The notes beneath the pieces were generated by a model, which saw only the letters and a program-made list of their open reading frames with translations, was not told where the DNA came from and made no database searches. Source: Tubiluchus corallicola (Eukaryota; Animalia; Priapulida). Taken from it: a stretch of DNA of 64,000 nt. Location: assembly GCA_030141605.1 (NCBI GenBank), contig JAQGDQ010000016.1:1304282-1368281 (forward strand). The letters are read 5' to 3'. Made by a program: the position numbers and the translations under genes. Of this stretch, positions 53,329 through 64,000 are shown piece after piece (position 1 is the first letter of the stretch; the number at the start of each line of letters is the position of its first letter).

Positions 53329-54426
53329 ATGATCGATATGTCAAAGGCCTTTGATTGTGTGCGGAGAAAAACTCTGCTATGCTGCCTGGAAGAAATCCTT
53401 GAACCTGATGAAATATACATCATAAGTATAATGTTAGAAAATTTATTAATTCAAGTCAGGTGTGAAGGGAAATTGAGTCAGCCGTTTTCTACAGACAAAG
53501 GAGTACCTCAGGGTGACTGCCTAAGCCCTGTACTTTTCACTTTATATCTTGCCATAGCTCTCACTGAGGACAAAGTTATACCATTGAAAGACCTAGAAGA
53601 TCACAACTACACAATTCTTGATCCTGAATTAATACCGAATGAAGTAAGACAAGAATGCAGTTACAGTTCTCTACAAAGTAAGTCAACTACTATATCTATG
53701 CAGTATGCTGATGATGTGGCATGGATTACAAGAAACAAAGAAGACGTAGATGAAATAAAAAACTCAATAGAGGAGAAACTGAACAGAATGGATCTCATTG
53801 TAAACAAAAATAAAACTGAAGAGTTTCACATAACACGCCATGGTGATGAATCATGGCAAAGATGCAAGTATCTCGGTAGTCTGCTGACAACAGAAGACGA
53901 CATATCAAGACGGAAGATAATGGCATTATCAGTTTACTCAAAACTTAAAAAAATTTCTTTGGAAACAAAAATTAGAATATTCTCAGCCTTAGTTGAAACT
54001 GTATTTCTATATAACTCTGAGCTCTGGACATTAAAAGCAAATCATAAAGCTGAAATCGATGCGTTTCAAAGGCGAAATTACAAAAACATGTTGGGTATTA
54101 GATGGCCAAAGAAAATTTCAAACAAAGATCTATATGAAACAATAAAAGAAGAACCTTGGACAAGAAAAATAAAAAGACGCCGTTTAAGATGGATTGGGCA
54201 TATGCTTAGACTACCTGATGATACTCCAGTGAAGATAGCTCTTCAACAAGCCATAGAACCAGCTAAAAAACCTGCAGGAGGACAAATGTTAACATATTTA
54301 GATTTTGCACAAAAAGATTTAAACACTTTAGCATTGATCCTTAGAAATAAATCTACTTGGGGCATTGCGGCGAGCAGGGAGTCCTGGCATAGGGAGGTGA
54401 ACAGAATCATGTCACTGGATGTGTGA
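53329..54426 (+). pseudogene. Open RT/thumb portion of the LINE ORF (365 aa)
   Basis: ORF track: DMSKAFD, GVPQG, YADD, KYLG motifs. Confidence 0.85.
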
Positions 54427-54454
54427 TTCATTGGATCATGATGATGATGATGAC

Positions 54455-55435
54455 ATAGAGGAATTACAAGATGCAGAATGTACGATCAGCTGCCGTTTAG
54501 AAAAATATAATCTTAAAGTCAGCAATAGAAAGACTGAAGAATACCATATTCGAAGAGGAGGTAATTATTCATGGAAATGATGTAAATACTTTGGTGGCTT
54601 GTTAGACACCGAAGCTGACATACAAAGAAGGAAATTTCTTACATTGTCTGATTATACAGATGTCAACGGTTTTTGAAAACAATAGACTGTCTCTTGAAAC
54701 CAAAGCCCAGATCCTTTCATCTTAGTTGAATCTGTGTTTTTGTACAGTGTTGACCTATGGGCAATAAAATTTAAGTAACAGAAGGAAATTGGCACTTTTC
54801 AAAGACATCTCTATAGAAATTACTCGCAATTAAATGGCCTGACTGAATATCTGCTTTACAGTCTTTTTTACAATGACATCAGGACCTAGAGTTCAACTCG
54901 TTAAGGTCCCTTCTCATATTCATTTTAAATTTATCGATAGCGTTTGATGATCAGTATAATGTGGTGAAGAAGAATCCTTGGAGTAAACAAATACAAGTAA
55001 GAAGATTGCTTTGGTTTGGTGGCAGCAGTGCATAATGCGTGGCATCAACAAGTGAGATGGGCCGTGTTATTTTTAGAACATAGCAGCACAGAAACGACGA
55101 CGAACATATTTTAATATTCCTTGGTTCAAACGACTTTAGTCCAAAAGTCGAGCTCCGAACATCAAGATGGCTAGCATATGTTCTCTAATTACCAAGTAAA
55201 GCATAAGTAAGAATTGCCTTAAAGGAATCCTTAAAGAACCTTGCAAAAAACCATATGTCAAATGAAAAACAACGTGGACAGCTAAGTAAGATAAATAAAG
55301 ATGTTCAATAACTTTAACCCATTTATCTTTAGGAGTAGAAGAACTTACCGCACTAGCTGCAGATAGGAGTAGATGGAATGCTCTAATGAATGGTAATGCC
55401 TCAATGTCTACAACAGATGGAAGAGACTTTGAAGA
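54455..55435 (+). mobile_element. Older degenerate relative of the RTE LINE 3' half
   Basis: YNLKVSNRKTEEYHIRRGGNYSWK*CKYFGGLLDTEADIQRRK parallels the intact copy; many stops and frameshifts. Confidence 0.75.
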
Positions 55436-57077
55436 CCATCTTTTATTTTAGAATTCTGACTGCCTAGTGGGTCACTGATTCAAACCCAGGCTCAGTGTAG
55501 TCAAGTTTGATACCAAAATTCAGCAGTTGAGGTTTTATATAAACACATTTTATTTTTCATGACCTTTAGTATTAAAAAAAATCTGATTGATAAACATTAG
55601 TAAGGAATTGTGCAGTTACTGTGTTTAGGTAAATACGAGGGTCAAGCACATATAAGCACATATTTAAAACAGTTTAAACAAGTGTCAGAAATAATGCTTG
55701 GGCCTTTATTTGCTTTAATTGTCTTCGAACATTGAGAAACGTCCAGCTGAGATTTAGTAGCGCTTAAACTGTACAGACCGTGAAAAGAACCTACCGATCA
55801 TTAAACTAGATCAGTGTCGTAATAAACTTGAATAATTTCCATTGTCAAATCTGTGGTGAAATTACAATCAAGGTGAATAAGGTAAATAACAAGTATGATT
55901 GATCTGCTCTCATCTGACCTACTAATTCGCGTTAATTAAGCGGTTCTTTAACATAATTGTGCTACGTTATTAAATATGAGAGTCGTAATTAGGTTTAACG
56001 ATAGGCTATTTGATTAATTCCGCCTTAGGAATGAGTAAGTACTATAATATAATGTTCACACATTTACATTCAGATATCCACATTTTAACAGCGACAGTGC
56101 ATCAACAACAATCTAGTGATACAAATGTTAAACTAAAACATTACTGAAAGTTTACGATTTTGTAGTTTTTATAAGTTTCTGTGCTATATATGCCCCCATC
56201 CCTCCCACTCCTAGCATTCATCAGACATTTCAACAGATAGTACATATACTTCATATACATCTTCGTCATTGATTGGGATTGTAACACTTCATTAATAAAT
56301 ATTTATGCTGGTTTTTCAAAATGTTTATTTGTAACATAGTATTTGTTCTTCATTTTTGTATAGTCATTGACATAAAACAGTGCAATAGCTTGTGCATATG
56401 AGCTAGTAGTGTAATCAGTGTCTGCCAAATTGAAGCCTGACTCAGACCTGAATAATAAAAGACTGTCGAAAGGTGTTTAGGACGATTGCCTTATACAGAG
56501 GGAGAGGAAAGGGATTACAAAGTAGAGTACACAGATGTCCTGTTCTCATAAAGATCTGAATAATTAGTATGTAGAGTAACATTCGTTTCTGGCTATTGAA
56601 GTTTGCCTTTACAAATACGCTGTATCAGTTTGCTACACGACACAGATTACATGCTCACCCCAATGCTCAACTCAAACCAGCAGTATGCTAAGAATCCAGA
56701 AGTACATGCCGCATACACGCCGTACATACATAACATACGTTCATAGATAGAATACATGTGCACATAGCTCCACAATTGATTACCTGCATATGTTATCACA
56801 AGTGGTATTTCCAGCGATTTAATTTGCTCATCATTATTTTTTGTCTGTTTATCATTACCATGCCCACTAGAACATAAATATAATTTACATTTTTAAGTAT
56901 GTCAACTTTAGAAATGTCGTGATCCACATAACAGCACCTCTTTGAACTTTTGGAAGTTTAAAATTAGAACATTGCACTGAGTGCAGTCAGAGTGCAAAAA
57001 TCAGGCTTAAGGCGTCTGAAATCATTAGGTGAAGTGTTAAATGTTTTAAGTTTTTTGGTAGATGTTTACGATCTAAC

Positions 57078-57432
57078 TGTTGTGGAGATCGCTGACGTCA
57101 AGTAGAATTGCACAGAACGTCGTAGAATGTTCTGTCGGGATGACCGCTTTAGCGTCTGGATTGTTCTCGAACATTTGTTCCAGAAGTTTCTGCAGTGCGC
57201 TATATAAGGCGAAGCAGGCTGCCGACAGGGGATCGCACGCAGATCTAACACGGACTTATACTTACGCATTTATACTTACTTAAACGTTTTCCAGATTTTC
57301 ACGTTTATTGTAATCATTTCAACGTTCCTTCATCTTTTGTATAGTAGAATTCTCGCTAAATAAAGCAGTTTTATTTGACGGCGTGTTTTCTGGTTTTCTC
57401 TACGAGCCTTTCGAGAGAAACTAAACACAACA
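57078..57432 (+). mobile_element. Solo LTR (355 bp) of an LTR retrotransposon
   Basis: TGTTGTG...CACAACA inverted termini; perfect 5-bp TSD CTAAC (57073-57077 and 57433-57437); TATATAA at 57201; AATAAA at 57359. Confidence 0.9.
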
Positions 57433-57527
57433 CTAACTTGTATATTAAGTAATACGATACAGACAACATACTAGATTAAAAATTTCTAGCTTCATATTTG
57501 CATTTTGTTTCTACTCAACAGACCAAG

Positions 57528-57638
57528 ATGACAAGTTTAAATAAGGGATGCACGTTGCCTTTATATGTGGTGGATGCTTTCACAAGCCAGGCATTTGCTG
57601 GAAATGCTACTGTTGTATGTCTAGTGTCACACAATCAG
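57528..57638 (+). CDS. PBLD: PBLD-like coding exon 1 (ATG 57528; acceptor at 57521 implies an upstream non-coding exon)
   Basis: MTSLNKGCTLPLYVVDAFTSQAFAGNATVVCLVSHNQ|gtaaat. Confidence 0.88.
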
Positions 57639-60600
57639 GTAAATTAATGATCTGTCATTAACAAACTTTTCGTCTTAATCTGTTGTCAGCTATTTTTATT
57701 GCACTGTTCTTCACTGCAAATAACTTGTGATCCTATAGCACAAAATCAAAGTCAATGTATGTGGCTTAATCGCACTCTTATTTATGTAAAGATACGAGTT
57801 TTTAACTACTAACTGATAATGTTTCTTGTTATTTATTTATGCGATTAACTCAATTAATCTACTGTGTTACAATAAATAAATCATTATATTATAATATTTA
57901 AATCACAGGCTTGCATAATAAAAATCACTGGTTTCCTTTTAGAAATATTGAAACAAATTTAACAAGTTAGATGAAAATAAAAGTGTCCATTTGGTCACAG
58001 CTGAAATCAATTTGTAATCAATTAAACTTATAACATCAGTCATAATAATGTCAGGATAATGGTGACTGTGCCTTTCAGTTATGTTTGTATTTGGATCTAT
58101 TATAACAGTAGGTGTTTTTCATAAAGCGTTAGTATAATTTTAAGTGAGAATTACAATGAGTATCAATGCAGAAAATGCATTTTGTTGTTGTTGTTGTTTC
58201 CGTCTCTACTGAGGCTTTGTAGTTTCTTTTTGCAATTAGAATAGATATTCTGTGTATTATTTGAACTGTACAAAACAGCAGATATGTTATATGTTCAAAA
58301 TGTATCCCAAACTGCCCAAAAGCTGTGTTGTTTTTATTAGTTGAATTGTGGTGTAATCTGCATTTCTTGGGTTATATTATTAAATGGCTGTAGACATTGT
58401 GATGTATATAGTCCTTCGGTTATTCTATTTTAGGTAATCGACGATGCAAAAATGCAAAAAATTGCTTTCGAAATGAACTTGCCGATAACCGGTTTCATTG
58501 CACTGCCAACAGAAAACGATTCGTTCAAGAATTCTTCCCGTTTTGGTCTACGATGGTTTACCCCTGCCTGCGAATTCCAACTGTGCGGTCATTCCACTCT
58601 TGCTGCTGCCACGGTGCTTTTCTCTTGTGTTGGTAAATTTGCTAAGCAGGACAGAAATGTAAATCTAGAAGCTGAAGCTGAGTCAGTTGCTACTAAATCA
58701 GCTGAGTCACACAGTAAATCAGCTAGCTCGGCTGAAACTGAGTCAGTTGCTACTAAATCAGCTGACACTCACAGTAAATCAGCTAACTCGGCTGAAACTG
58801 AGTCAGTTGCTACTAAATCATCTGACACTCACATAGTAAATCAGCTAGCTCGGCTGAAGTAATTTTAATGTTGTAATTGTAATTTTAAACAAACAAGCAT
58901 ACAAAAACATACGTAAACTTGATAAAATCCTAAACAAAAAAATCTTTGCTTACGAATAGCCTAAATTGCTGCAGTTCAAGAATATGCCGGTACATGGTTT
59001 TTAAGAACGTGACAACTGACAACTGTGTGAGTGACAGTACTTTCTCTACCTTACTGCAGATGCTAGCAGTGCAGCACCATCATGTGCTCTGGTTCCGTAC
59101 AAGTATAAAGAAAGAACTAAAGAAAAAAGACTTATTGTATTGAATATTATCGATAATATTGAGTGAAAATAGGGGGCGCTGCAGTTCTGATACTTATACA
59201 CAACCGCCACTGTGCTGCATAAACACTAGGCCAAGTTGACCAAAACCTAAATTTTCCTAAGTGAACTTGGTTCAGGAATTGACACTTATGATTACTCCTT
59301 CAGTGGCTTACTTACTGGAGTTCACCATTACGAATGACAGATTGTGATTCTTATGTCCTGCAGCAACAATTTAGTGTTAGTTTGAATAGTTCTATTTGTG
59401 AACTGGTTTAAGTGATTCGACAGCACGCCCCTTTATATGCCATATATCTCTCATAATTTATGTACTCGCGATGTTAAAAAAATCTCCTGGCTTATAATCT
59501 GGCAACTCTAGCAATGGATTTATTGAAAATATAATTTAAATCCAACCCTTGGCAAGGCTTATCTGGATTACCAACAAATCAATACTAAACACCAAAATGA
59601 TCCCATACCTGTGGCTAATGTTGCCTATTTGTGCATTTTATTTAATTTTGAATTGACTGCTTTCTCATTCAAAAATTTCTGAAGTTTAGTATCTCTGCCA
59701 GCACACGTACAATATGACCGCATTGCAACCAGTGATTTCATCATCATCATAAGCCTGTTACATTATTTCTAGACATTGGGCAGGCAAAATTCTAAAATAA
59801 TAGAAATCTGTCCTCAAAACAGGTAAACACAGCAGTAATCTAACAAAAACTGGACACTGCTATGCCAGTGACTTTTTCGCAAGAGCAAAAATCATCACAG
59901 CCGGCAAAAATGTCAGCTACCTCGACTTCCGTCACCGAGCGGCTGGCACGACTAAAGCTGGGTTTCTTATCGGCTAGGTCGACTGTAGAAATAAACCGGC
60001 TGGAGCTGAGCTGAAGCGGTACGGCTCTGGCTTCTATGGCGATCCCATAAGTATTTTTCACGTTGTCTTGAAAATCAGGGAGTTTTTATTTGCCAACCTA
60101 ATACCAAACGAATTCACTGTGAATTTATTTGTGTGCTAATGTGTTTACTTCAAATAAGCTTCCATGCAGTTTTGCTTTTTTTTCTTCTATTGCTTGGAGA
60201 TTGTGTGCCTTTTTTTGCATTTTAGGACTTAAAGCATTCCGCTGTTTTCAGTTCTCATCATATTTGGCATTTTCTTAGGAGACTGTCAGCTTTCCCTTCT
60301 TTTTATCTGCACTTTAAAAAATTGGAAAAGAAAAATAGTGCCTGTTAACCATATTCTAAACCATATTCTATTCAAATAATGAAATTACAATTAGGCATTG
60401 CAATATTTGATTGTATTGCTAATCCACTAATGCTACGATTAGGCTCTAAATATTTGTGAAATTGATAATCATTATGATAGGCAGGTCTGAAATTAAAAGG
60501 CAGCTAGTGAATATATCTACAGCTATGTAAATTATTACAGGTAACGAATTTACAGAGATTACATTTGATACGCTGAGTGGACCACTTGTTGCCAGAAAAA

Positions 60601-62265
60601 AAGAGGACAATATGATTCTGCTTGATTTTCCTGCTAATCCAACTATTAGTGTTAACAAGGAAAATGTGAAAGAGCTTTTAAAGGTACCTACTCTTTTGAA
60701 TGAGCTGTAAAACAAGTTTGCTTGGGTTTTTGTTGTAAGTAATTTTATCATTGAAGCTTTTAGCAGGTAGGTGGTTGACAGTTTGGAAGACATTCTGACA
60801 CCTTGGTATATTTATGTATTTTAGGAAATTTCCAGGCTTACTCGTTTTAACTGTGTGTGCTGGCCATGTTTTTCAAATGTATCATATGGGCTGTTTTTTT
60901 GGTCAATAGCTAAATTGCAGCTTTGCACAGACTTTTTTGAAGGCATATTACTTAGTATTATCTTACTTGTATTACTTAGTATTACGCTTTCTTGCCTGCA
61001 ATACTCATGTAAATAGAAAAGACACATTTTCTAGCTTTATGTAAGTAAAGGGCTTTCTTGCCTGCAATACTCATGTAAATAGAAAAGACACATTTTCTAG
61101 CTTTATGTAAGTAAAGGGCTTTCTTGCCTGCAATACTCATGTAAATAGAAAAGACACATTTTCTAGCTTTATGTAAGTAAAGGGCTTTCTTGCCTGCAAT
61201 ACTCTTGTAAATAGAAAAGACACATTTTCTAGCTTTATGTAAGTAAAGGGCTTTCTTGCCTGCAATACTCATGTAAATAGAAAAGACACATTTTCTAGCT
61301 TTATGTAAGTAAAGGGCTTTCTTGCCTTTTATGACAATTTTTTGGTGTTTTAATTAACCCTATTCAGTTTTTGAATTTACCTGAAGAGGGGGACAGCATG
61401 AGAGGAGCATGGAAATTATTCAAAGGTGGGACGGGGTGGGGTGGTTACAGTAATGGTGGCAGTGAAGCGCTTGCTGTTACTTTATTGTTTCTTTTTACTG
61501 GCTGTTACACACCCGTGCATGCATGCACACGCACGCACACACCCACACACACACACTGTTACATAATATAGTAAAGTATATCATATCACTCTTTTCGGTG
61601 ATTCTAGATTGCATAGCACTCCTACAATAGGACTAGTTGAAGTTTAGCAAACAACTATCACAATTACTAACCTGACATTCTGTGCATTAAATTTAGAAAT
61701 CCACAGATTAAAGATACGAGACAATGCCGCTATGATAAAACTAAGGGTGCATTCAGACTAGCGAGTTTTCTGTTGGGAGTTTTTCTCTAACACCAAACTT
61801 GCAAGTGTGAACTGCTTTGCGAGTTACTATCGACAAGTCATTGCACACTTTCAGACAGTTGCTACGAAATGATTTCCTGTTTAGTGTGAACAGTCTCAGC
61901 GAGTTACTCTTGACACTGCTCCCAGTGAATAGAGGAGGAGTATCAGCTGGTGTTTACTTCATGCTGGAGAATTTTGTTCTTTAGTCTGAACGTGCTTGCG
62001 AGTTACTTGGCGAGAAAATTTGCTAGTATGAATGCTTCATTACTCTCAAAAGCAGTGCGACAAAATATCAACATTCTTGCAACAGTCAAGTCATCTAAAT
62101 TCTTCTTTGTAAAAAGTATTTTGGTCCAAACTTTAATACACTGTAGAATCTTACGTGAATGTTTTTTATAATACAGGTACTTGTTGGAGATTTACCTATT
62201 GTTGATGTGGAGTATGCTCCTGTTATACAACAAATGATTGTGTGTCTTCAAGATTCTGTGTCCAG
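57528..62265 (+). CDS. PBLD: PhzF/phenazine-biosynthesis-like domain protein (PBLD family), first four coding exons; gene continues beyond the window
   Basis: LPLYVVDAFTSQAFAGN..V / MQKIAFEMNL / RFGLRWFTPACEFQLCGHSTLAAA / ITFDTLSGPLVA..ILLDFP; GT-AG junctions in phase. Confidence 0.9.
58434..58632 (+). CDS. PBLD: PBLD-like coding exon 2 (199 nt)
   Basis: ttttag|VIDDAKMQKIAFEMNLPITGFIALPTENDSFKNSSRFGLRWFTPACEFQLCGHSTLAAATVLFSCV G|gtaaat. Confidence 0.92.
58671..58858. repeat. 60-bp minisatellite, about 3 copies
   Basis: GCTGAARCTGAGTCAGTTGCTACTAAATCAGCTGA..C.CACAGTAAATCAGCTARCTCG repeated. Confidence 0.9.
58860..59510. mobile_element. Partial second copy of the composite element at 42574-44396
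   Basis: 58860-59212 matches about 43919-44278; 59397-59510 matches 44283-44396, ending in AATCTGGCAACTCTA. Confidence 0.88.
60541..60683 (+). CDS. PBLD: PBLD-like coding exon 3 (143 nt)
   Basis: ttacag|GNEFTEITFDTLSGPLVARKKEDNMILLDFPANPTISVNKENVKELLK|gtacct. Confidence 0.9.
60986..61327. repeat. 66-bp tandem repeat, about 5.2 near-identical copies
   Basis: Units start at 60986, 61052, 61118, 61184, 61250 and 61316. Confidence 0.97.
61745..62038. mobile_element. PIF/Harbinger-like MITE
   Basis: TAA-GGGTGCATTCAGACTAGCGAGTTTTC...GAAAATTTGCTAGTATGAATGC inverted ends; internal AGTGTGAAC/GCGAGTTACT repeats. Confidence 0.65.
62177..62265 (+). CDS. PBLD: PBLD-like coding exon 4 (89 nt)
   Basis: atacag|VLVGDLPIVDVEYAPVIQQMIVCLQDSVS AG|gtgtgc. 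Confidence 0.85.
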
Positions 62266-62743
62266 GTGTGCATGTTGATAATTTTTTATTTGGTTTGTCG
62301 TGTGTCATTCGTTTTGCACTTTTCATTTGCTTTCATGTTATTATACATACTATAAAATTGCTGCAAATTGCACAAATCTGCAATTAATCTCTATTTCTAT
62401 GAAGTGTGTTTGTGTATGTTTGTTTATTTGTTTGCTATAAAGTCCTGTTTTATTTATTTAACTTAAAATTTGGTCTATTAAGTTGCTAATACATCACACT
62501 CCCCATTGAATTATGGGATATGTACAGTTATGTGCAGAAATCAATTAACAAAAGCTGAAGTCAGTCTACTTTTTAACTTTTGGCAGGAGTTCTACTTACA
62601 TGAAAAAGAATTTAAAATACACTATGTTTCAGTCCATTGTTGGGTTCATTCTCTCATTGTCTCATTTTTCATTCATTAGTCATTGATGTTATTATTGTTG
62701 TAAGTATAAGGCTTCATGTGTGTGTGTGTGTTTTACCTTCAGG

Positions 62744-64000
62744 CAAGGACTACTATACAACAGGACGTGCACAGTCAGATCTCTGATTCCGCCAGCGGAG
62801 GCGATCAATACTTGTAATGAACGTAATCTAGAAATAGTGCGCTTTAGAGAGTAGTGATCTTGGAAATTAAAGAATGGACGGATCGGTAGATAGCGAGTAT
62901 TATTTTTCATTTAATTGGTTCTTTACATTACGGGAGAAAAGTTCCAATTGTTTATTTTATGTATCAAAGGAAATTAGTGTTCATTTTTACTTCTTAAATA
63001 GCGCACTACTTTAGGCGTAAGTGTGTTTTACCGGAAGTAGTGCTTTGTCATTGTTAATGTGTCATTGTTCAAAGTCAAGTGAAGCGTTGTTTTCGTGCTT
63101 GTGTTTGTTTCTTTTGGGATTATTTTCAAAATTTCTCGTGGATTTTATACATCTGTGCTCAGCAGCATGCCTAACAAGGTAACTATGACACGGAGAACAA
63201 GTGTCGTGTGTTCAGACTGCCAAGAGATCATGTAGAAAAACAGAAATGGCTAAGTGTTCTTCCCCCACGCGAAGGCTTTGTTGTTGATCCATCGAAATTT
63301 TTCATTTGCGAAAAGCATTGGCCATCGGATACTCAAATAGTCAAAATTCCAGGTGGTCACACCAGCCAGTGGATCCACCCAGTATTTTCAACGTTCCAAC
63401 ATCATGCTTGCCCACTCCAAAGCCACCACCTCGCCCTCCAAAAACTGAGGACCAGCAGCTGAATTATTTCTTTAAAAAGGATAAAATAACTTATCTCAAT
63501 GAATTCACTCCTGAGAAAGACCTGCATAAGACGTATCAGAACCTCATTATATCTCGCGCACAAGACAAATTTGTGTGCATGTTCATGGAAGAGGACCACA
63601 GTCAATGTTATATGTCAATTATTGTTCACAATAAGCCTACCTTGTGTTCCCCTCTTACTCTGTATGCTTTCAAAAACGGGATCAGTGTGCCATTAATTAA
63701 AATCCTCAGTCCGAACAATGGACTGTCCTCTTACTCACAATTTTTCGCGGTTGTGAATTCTGTTGTCAACCACATTCATCATGTTGATGATATTGTCAAC
63801 AAAGTGACAAAGTCTCTTGAACTTGAACTAGCTCAAAATCGAGAACAATCTCCTAGTGTTAATGCTAAAGCCAAGAAGCTCAAATTTCTAACACGACAGC
63901 TTCGACTATTATGTGATAAGACTTTCACAGTGTCTGATTATTGCTTTGCAATAGAGTCATTTCCCCATTGCAATTACGAACAACTGCGTGACTTTTTAGT
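62744..64000 (+). mobile_element. Decayed P-element/THAP9-like DNA transposon (5' part)
   Basis: ATG at 63167 MPNK/GNYD..CRVFRLPRD...KW.......ICEKHW (THAP), then after a frameshift an open frame to the window end (..PSIF...LKFLTRQL...YEQLRDFL); left boundary (CAAGG..) is tentative. Confidence 0.7.

Larger units (their letters stand above)
52358..54453 (+). mobile_element. 5'-truncated RTE-clade LINE (reverse transcriptase), interrupted by a CR1-like insertion
   Basis: GILIPLPKPGK..NLRPLMLL..ILRKI (52358-52527) resumes at 53174 with QAAYQPGR, DMSKAFD, GVPQGDCLSPVLF, QYADD, KYLGS, RRLRWIGH; (GAT)n tail at about 54435-54453; one stop and frameshifts. Confidence 0.9.

Noticed and set aside
60982-61327. 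CRISPR-like array or repeat protein ORF (MSIAGKKALYLHKARK...)
   Set aside because: Head-to-tail identical 66-mers without spacers in a eukaryotic intron; the ORF is a by-product of a unit length divisible by 3.

Overview
AT-rich animal (invertebrate, probably protostome) genomic DNA. The main feature is a + strand calcineurin A catalytic subunit gene (PPP3CA/CanA family). Coding exons 2-14 span 8286-47675 with canonical GT-AG junctions in consistent phase; exon 1 was not found and probably lies upstream of the window. Its regulatory C-terminal region looks like a combinatorial splicing cassette. Two frame-compatible, apparently mutually exclusive exons encode different calmodulin-binding helices (divergent 41820-41919; canonical 44650-44737). 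They are flanked by candidate 3-nt (39298-39300) and 9-nt (45964-45972) microexons and by RBFOX- and QKI-type motifs. Downstream are a putative ~4 kb 3'UTR, a nested LINE cluster (52358-55435), a solo LTR (57078-57432) and the first four coding exons of a PhzF/PBLD-family gene in which the catalytic Glu appears replaced by Ile. A decayed THAP/P-element transposase runs off the right edge. Introns carry many MITEs, a SINE, mini- and microsatellites. All calls come from manual reading of the sequence; no database searches were run.
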